From the human T2T-CHM13v2.0 reference genome, Homo sapiens, in the NCBI RefSeq assembly GCF_009914755.1, contig NC_060942.1: a stretch of 64,000 nucleotides of DNA. One strand, 5' to 3'. This document shows positions 57,844 to 64,000 of this stretch, piece after piece. The stretch's first letter is position 1. Every line of letters begins with the position of its first letter. The translations under genes and the position numbers were made by a program. The notes beneath the pieces were generated by a model. That model saw nothing but the letters and a program-made list of their open reading frames with translations. It was not told the origin of the DNA and made no database searches.

Positions 57844-60800
57844 ACCATTAATTTTTTTAAGTCATTACTCCCCAGACTGTGTTCTGCAGTCTTTTTCTAA
57901 GCAGACTGGTAAGTGGCACATGGAAAAAGTTTCTGGCCCCTTTATATGGTAATCATCATATTAACGGCTGTGTGTGATTGAACAGTTAAGAAGAAACAAA
58001 CATTAACTTTATTTAAATCCTGAATTTGCCAATATTTCTTACATCATGTGTGTGGTATGTGGGCATTTCAATTATGATCTGACAGAACAGCATTAAGCAG
58101 ATACCAGTTTGTGAAATGCTGCTACAGTTTCATGATTTTCCTCTTTACTTTGTTTTGGTTGCCAAGAGGCTCAGAGAGAAATTGGCAAAATTTTAGACTT
58201 AAATTCCCCAGCCTGTGACCTGGACAAGGTAGCCATAGACATCTTGGTAAAATTTCAAATTCCACACCATCCCACCTGCTTTGTGAATTGTGGCAGAGCT
58301 GTTTCTGCTGGGTCCCTGTCCCCACGAGAATGCAGGGCATCATGATTCCTCTTTCTCAACAATCACGATAGCAGGCTTTGCTTAGTTTTTCTCATTTATC
58401 TTAACTATGTATCTCTTTCTATTCTGGGCATTTTACTGACTTATGTTTTACTTTCAGTTCAGTTCTTCCAATGACCTGCAGTGAATACAGGTCCATAGAC
58501 TTATCAACCAATCTCATATTTACTTGTTTCTAAAGCTTTAATATCTAGTCTCTTCCAATGAGCCCTACTCAGTGGATTTTCAATATATACTTTATAATAT
58601 CATCTTTTTATGACTTTTATTTCTATCATCTTATTTTCCTTCCTTCATCTTTTTTCTTCAAATTTCTGACTTATTTATTATCTCATTTTCTTATACATAT
58701 CTCTGAAATCTGGCTCAAGTCCTTCATGTAATGAGATGATGGTATAAATAACTAATTATTTTTCATAATTAATTAAAAATAAATAGGTTGTTTCCCTTCT
58801 AATACCTGAAGGGATATAGTCAGATGGAAGTGGGGATGATGCCATGGCAGGGATATTAGTGGGAGTGTTGCCAGATCATTTTGGAGAATGGGAGGTGTTA
58901 GGTAGAGCTGGGTAAGCATGAGGCTCTTTGAGGCCCTGAGCAGCATGGAATAAAACAGTGTTTCCTGGTCTGACTGACCCTAGCAGAAATCTCAGCTTTG
59001 TGCCTGACCAGTTGTCCCGTCTGGGTCACAGCCATGCAAGAGAAACCTTGGACATGCTGGTGTTGTCGTCTCAGGATAAGGTGTCAGCTCCCTCCCAAGT
59101 GTGTGATTTGGAATCCTGATGTGCAGCAGCACGTAGGACAAAGCGCCTGCCACCACAGACTGTGCCCCTCACTGCTCTCGGCTGCACTCACAGCACTGAC
59201 TCCAGCTACTCTGCAATATTTTGGGAGAAATTACTTGTGTGCTTACTTCATTGGTCAAAATTCCTTCCAATTGAAATTGAGTGACCTACAATCATCTTTT
59301 TTTGCTTCCTGGATATTCTGGAGTGGCACAATAGAGTGCATTGAGAACAAATGTTTAATTATTGAACAGGGCCCTGCCTCTGAACTGTTTGACTAAAAGA
59401 AATACCACAGACATATTTCTGACCCTGATGCCTCCAACTTTGTTTTATGCCTTGATTTGTCAACATCCATTTGTCTTTTTCAAAACCGAAGTAGAGAATT
59501 TCATAAAAATTTTATTTGTCTTGCATTGGAATGAACACACCTCATTTATTTGGTTGAAGTTGTCTCCTTTTCCCAGTTTTATTCCTCCTAACATCACTAC
59601 CAATTGAATACTTCAGAAACATCTCTTTTACATAGGTTACAGCATAAAACCCTTTAATGACTCCTGTTACCTATAGGTTAAAATCTAAACACATTATTAT
59701 TTTGGATTTCCAAGTCTCCAAAGTTTGGGTCCAGTTTTTATTTTTAGCCTTATTTTTGATTAGTACTCCTTTCACAAAACATTTGCTCCAATCACACTAA
59801 TGTTTTCATTTGTTGCTTTAAGTTTTTGCCTTGAATGTGTTCCAATACAGGTCCTTAATGTACATAAATAATATAAATACTAGTAGAAGTAGTGAAGATA
59901 ATGGTGACCACATTGAAATGTTTGAATCACGTACTTTTTTTTTTCCTGTGTTTCAACTAGTTGTCATTTGTCTTCTTTCTACACATTTCTTCACCTATCT
60001 TAACATCACGTCAGGGTCCTCTCAGTCCCCTTTTCTCTGTTATGCCTTCTGGACCTCTGTGGCTAGAAATAAACCCTCTTTCCTGAGTTACTTTGATTCT
60101 GACTGTCCAATCATTGGTGACCACATTCTGGGCAACTTCTGCAACTAGGTACCGTTTTTTGTGTGTTTAGAAAGTTCTCAGCTTTTAGGAGTGACTTATG
60201 TACATTCTTTAATGTGAATGGCACCTATTTCAAACCTTTTGTGGAATGTGTTGATTATATACAGAAAATTAAATTCTGGTATAGCTAATACATACCTGCA
60301 CACGCATGCATAAATAGGAGCAATAAACCAGAGGAACAAAAACACTTCCATGCAAATGGCAGGTGGTGACTCCTCCCCTTCTGTCACTGAAGCCACTTGG
60401 AAGATTTCTGTGCTCTCTCTCCTCCCTCTTCCTCCTCTTATTTGCAGGTCTCCATTTTGATGAGTTTTTCTGATCTGACAAAGTAAAATGGGGACTGTGA
60501 ACTGAGTTGCATTAATATAGTTCTAATTGAAAGTAGTCCAAGTTTGCTATTTAATTTATTGTGTAATATTTAGTTACAAAATTTTGTGTTGATGAATGTG
60601 CTTTTTTTAAAAAAAATTGTGAGATGTAAACAAAAGTTTAGAGGAGATCCATACTTAATCTTCTGCTTTTTTCCAGATGTTTTGGCTCAGTCCTGCAAGC
60701 ATTATACTAATGACAAGAGTAAAATCAATGGAGATAACATAGGGATGCAAACATGAGCGCTTTAATCTATTAGACAACTTGAAAATTCACATTCAGATTG

Positions 60801-61724
60801 CAATGAAATGAAGAGAAATTTGCTGTCAACTAATTTAATTGTTTGGCTTATTATTTTCTCAGAAAGGATGCTATGTGATTCTTTCTGAGGTGGGCTGGGT
60901 ATTTCTTGGAATGCTATGGAGGGAGACCTGGCACAGGGTGGAATGCAGACCTCCTGGGGACTGGCTGCATCAGCAAGATGCCCTCTCCCTTAGGCTGCAG
61001 CTACACCTGTGAATCATACATTTGGGAGGAATGTAGATTTTACTTGGGGATTTAACCTACTTGCAGTTTGTGGAAAATATCCAAATGGAATTATGAAAGC
61101 ATTACCTAATTATAACAACACGTTTATTTTCCTTGACCGTCTTTGGTTTTGACTTGTTTGAATTTGTTTATTTAAAGAAGGCTGGTAGGTGGCAATTTTT
61201 TGTCTGCCATGTGTGGTGTGTATGCATGTGATACTGACCTAGCTAAAAATATTTGCATATGCCCACAGGCCATTGATAAAATAAGAATCAGCATAGAAAT
61301 GAATCAATGTATGCTTTGCGAGGATCCCGTTTTTTTATATATACAGATAGGATGGTTGAATCAGGATGCATGATACTCCGGTGCATTTCTGAATTTTACT
61401 GCACCACCTGTAGCCTGTCTTTGTGCACGTGAAAACCCTTCAGAAGCAATGATCTCTGTATGTGATGTCCTGCACCCTGCTGAATTCATGCTGTGATGTT
61501 GTACGTTGTCTCAGGGGAGGAGAAAAACAAGATGGTTTAGACAGAGGCTCAATTTAGCTCTGGAATATGGGGGAAAAAAGCCTACAAAAATTTGCATACA
61601 ATCTCCCTTATTTTGTAATTGTGCACTCATTCAGTGCATTTTATGGAGATTACCTTAATGGGAGTGAGTGTTTGGGGTCATTGGGACTCCTGGAGCTTTT
61701 TCTTAGTTGGAGGACAACTTTTTA

Positions 61725-61860
61725 TTATGGTTTTAATTTTTAAATTTTATTTTATTATTTTTTAAATAAAATTTTAATTTTAATTTATTATTTTATTAAT
61801 CTATTAATTTTCTATTAATTTTCTAATTTATTAAGGTTTTATTTTTTTCTTCTTTTTAGA
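61725..61860. repeat. T/A-rich low-complexity tract
   Basis: Repeated ttttaatttt and ttattaat units. Confidence 0.85.
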
Positions 61861-62115
61861 CTTCAATATTAGCCTGAAAGCAATTGAGAAGCCAATTCCA
61901 GAATTCTTGAGCTAACTGCCATGAATATTATGCAAAATCAATGGATAATCTCCACACTTTTTATATGTCATAACAACCGTTTTATTAACCATTGTGGAAG
62001 ATTTCAATTTTCTTTGAATCTCTGAATAGGCCTATTTGAACGTTTTTTGAGGAGAAGAAAACAGATATGTAGTGTGAAATTTGGTGTAGGAAATGCTGAT
62101 AATAATTAAAGAGGA

Positions 62116-62686
<571 letters not shown>

Positions 62687-63159
62687 TCAGCCATGTGGAC
62701 ACACTGAATTTTCTTCCTTAGATAGGCTGTGCTAAGTGTGTTCATTTGGGTTTCTAAAGTTTTCTCTATCTTAAGTATCATGTAAACTTGGCATAATAAG
62801 GCATGATTAAACAGGGAGGCTAGAGAAAATATGCATTCCATCTTTCAAGAAGAATCCACAAACTGAACCTTGCTTCTCACACTGCTCTAGTCCTCATCCA
62901 GGCACTTGTTTCCCCTAGAACAAGTAATTGCTCTTAGGGAGAATCTTAAAAGATGGGCTCATGTTTCCTATGGAGGGACTTGTATTTGGGACTTCCGCTT
63001 TCCTCTGCCCCTCATCCTGGACATTACTCCAGGAGAAGGAGGCATGTCCCTTCCCTGACTGGTGAGAAGGAGGAACTGGCCATGCTTGGCTCAGTCCTAA
63101 TGGCTTCCTTTTTCTCTCTCCCCCAGGTTCATCTGCCTGTCCATGGCATGCATTCTCAT

Positions 63160-63315
63160 CTGCTCTTTGGAGCCCAAATCTTACCTTTACTAATGGCTAG
63201 CTGTGTAATCTTGGAGAAATTTCTCAAATTTTTGGTGTCTTTTTTGTTTTCTAGCTCGAAAATAGATGTGATAATAGATTGCCTCCTTGGATATTGTATG
63301 GAAGAGTCTTTAATT
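63160..63315 (+). mobile_element. MIR fragment
   Basis: 'gctttggagcccaaatc...ctagctgtgtaatcttggagaaattt...aaaatagatgtgataata'. Confidence 0.55.
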
Positions 63316-64000
63316 AAAGATAAGGAAGACTTTTGCAGAGGTAAACAGATGAAGCACAGCATACACTATCTCTCACCTCCAGAGACAGAGCCAACACATC
63401 CATGAATATGTGTCTTGTTGAAGGGGTGGTATTAAAGGATAGGGGTGTTGCACATACTAAAAGCTGTCTGTACCTGATGGATACTTGATAAACCTTTGTT
63501 AGGTGAAGTCCTAATTGAAAGAAGGAAGGTATATTTTGAAATGGCTCCAGATGATTCTGCTAAATACCCCTTTTCCTCTCCTGCTACAACACACACGCAT
63601 GCTTGCACACGTATACACACACACACCACATTTGTGCATATAAGCACATCGCCTATTGACAATCATTGTGAAACCTCCCTCTTTACAGCTGTCTTTTATT
63701 AAACTATTTATGACACATATGCTTTCTAAAGACAGCAGGCTGGTAATTTCTTTTTCCTCTTGACAAGCACTGTTAAGAATATACTTATTTTCTACTATTT
63801 TAAAAAGTAATATTTACAAACCACTAGCATTTTCTGAATTATATTTGACAGCGTACACTACTTGCTTCATGATCCAAATATAGTATATTGAATAGATGAC
63901 GATGTCCTTCACAGTCACTATTGAGTCATAAGGCGCTGAAGGGAAGTCTGGCTCATGGGAAGTGCTCTCTCTTACGGGGAGAGCAAAGGCTGGGACACGA

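Noticed and set aside
59902-60127. 13-bp direct repeat tggtgaccacatt 213 bp apart as a TSD
   Set aside because: No A-tail, TIRs or recognisable element between the copies, and not an L1-endonuclease-type site; probably chance.

Overview
AT-rich, CpG-depleted primate genomic DNA, human or great ape judging by AluY and L1PA4/5. It is non-coding: intronic or intergenic. Roughly half of the window is recognisable interspersed repeat. This includes about 14 Alu elements (J, S, Y and one monomer), several old and young L1 pieces, a full-length THE1A MaLR provirus (14911-17545), solo MST/THE1/MLT1/MER34/MER31 LTRs, DNA-transposon relics (MER5A, Tigger3, MER3, MER44A), L2/MIR fragments and microsatellites. 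I recognise no protein-coding gene, RNA gene, CpG island or CRISPR array. The longer ORFs in the track are L1 ORF2 remnants or read-through of Alu, LTR or low-complexity sequence. I did not find a convincing new biological system. The best leads are motif-dense repeat-free blocks that may be enhancers (27.3-27.6 kb, 45.3-45.4 kb, 60.2-61.7 kb), a few well-bounded candidate small exons, one unexplained 300-bp GC/CpG-richer segment (24.76-25.08 kb), and several atypical retrotransposition or rearrangement scars. Subfamily calls come from remembered consensus sequences, not a database search, and the boundaries of old elements are approximate.
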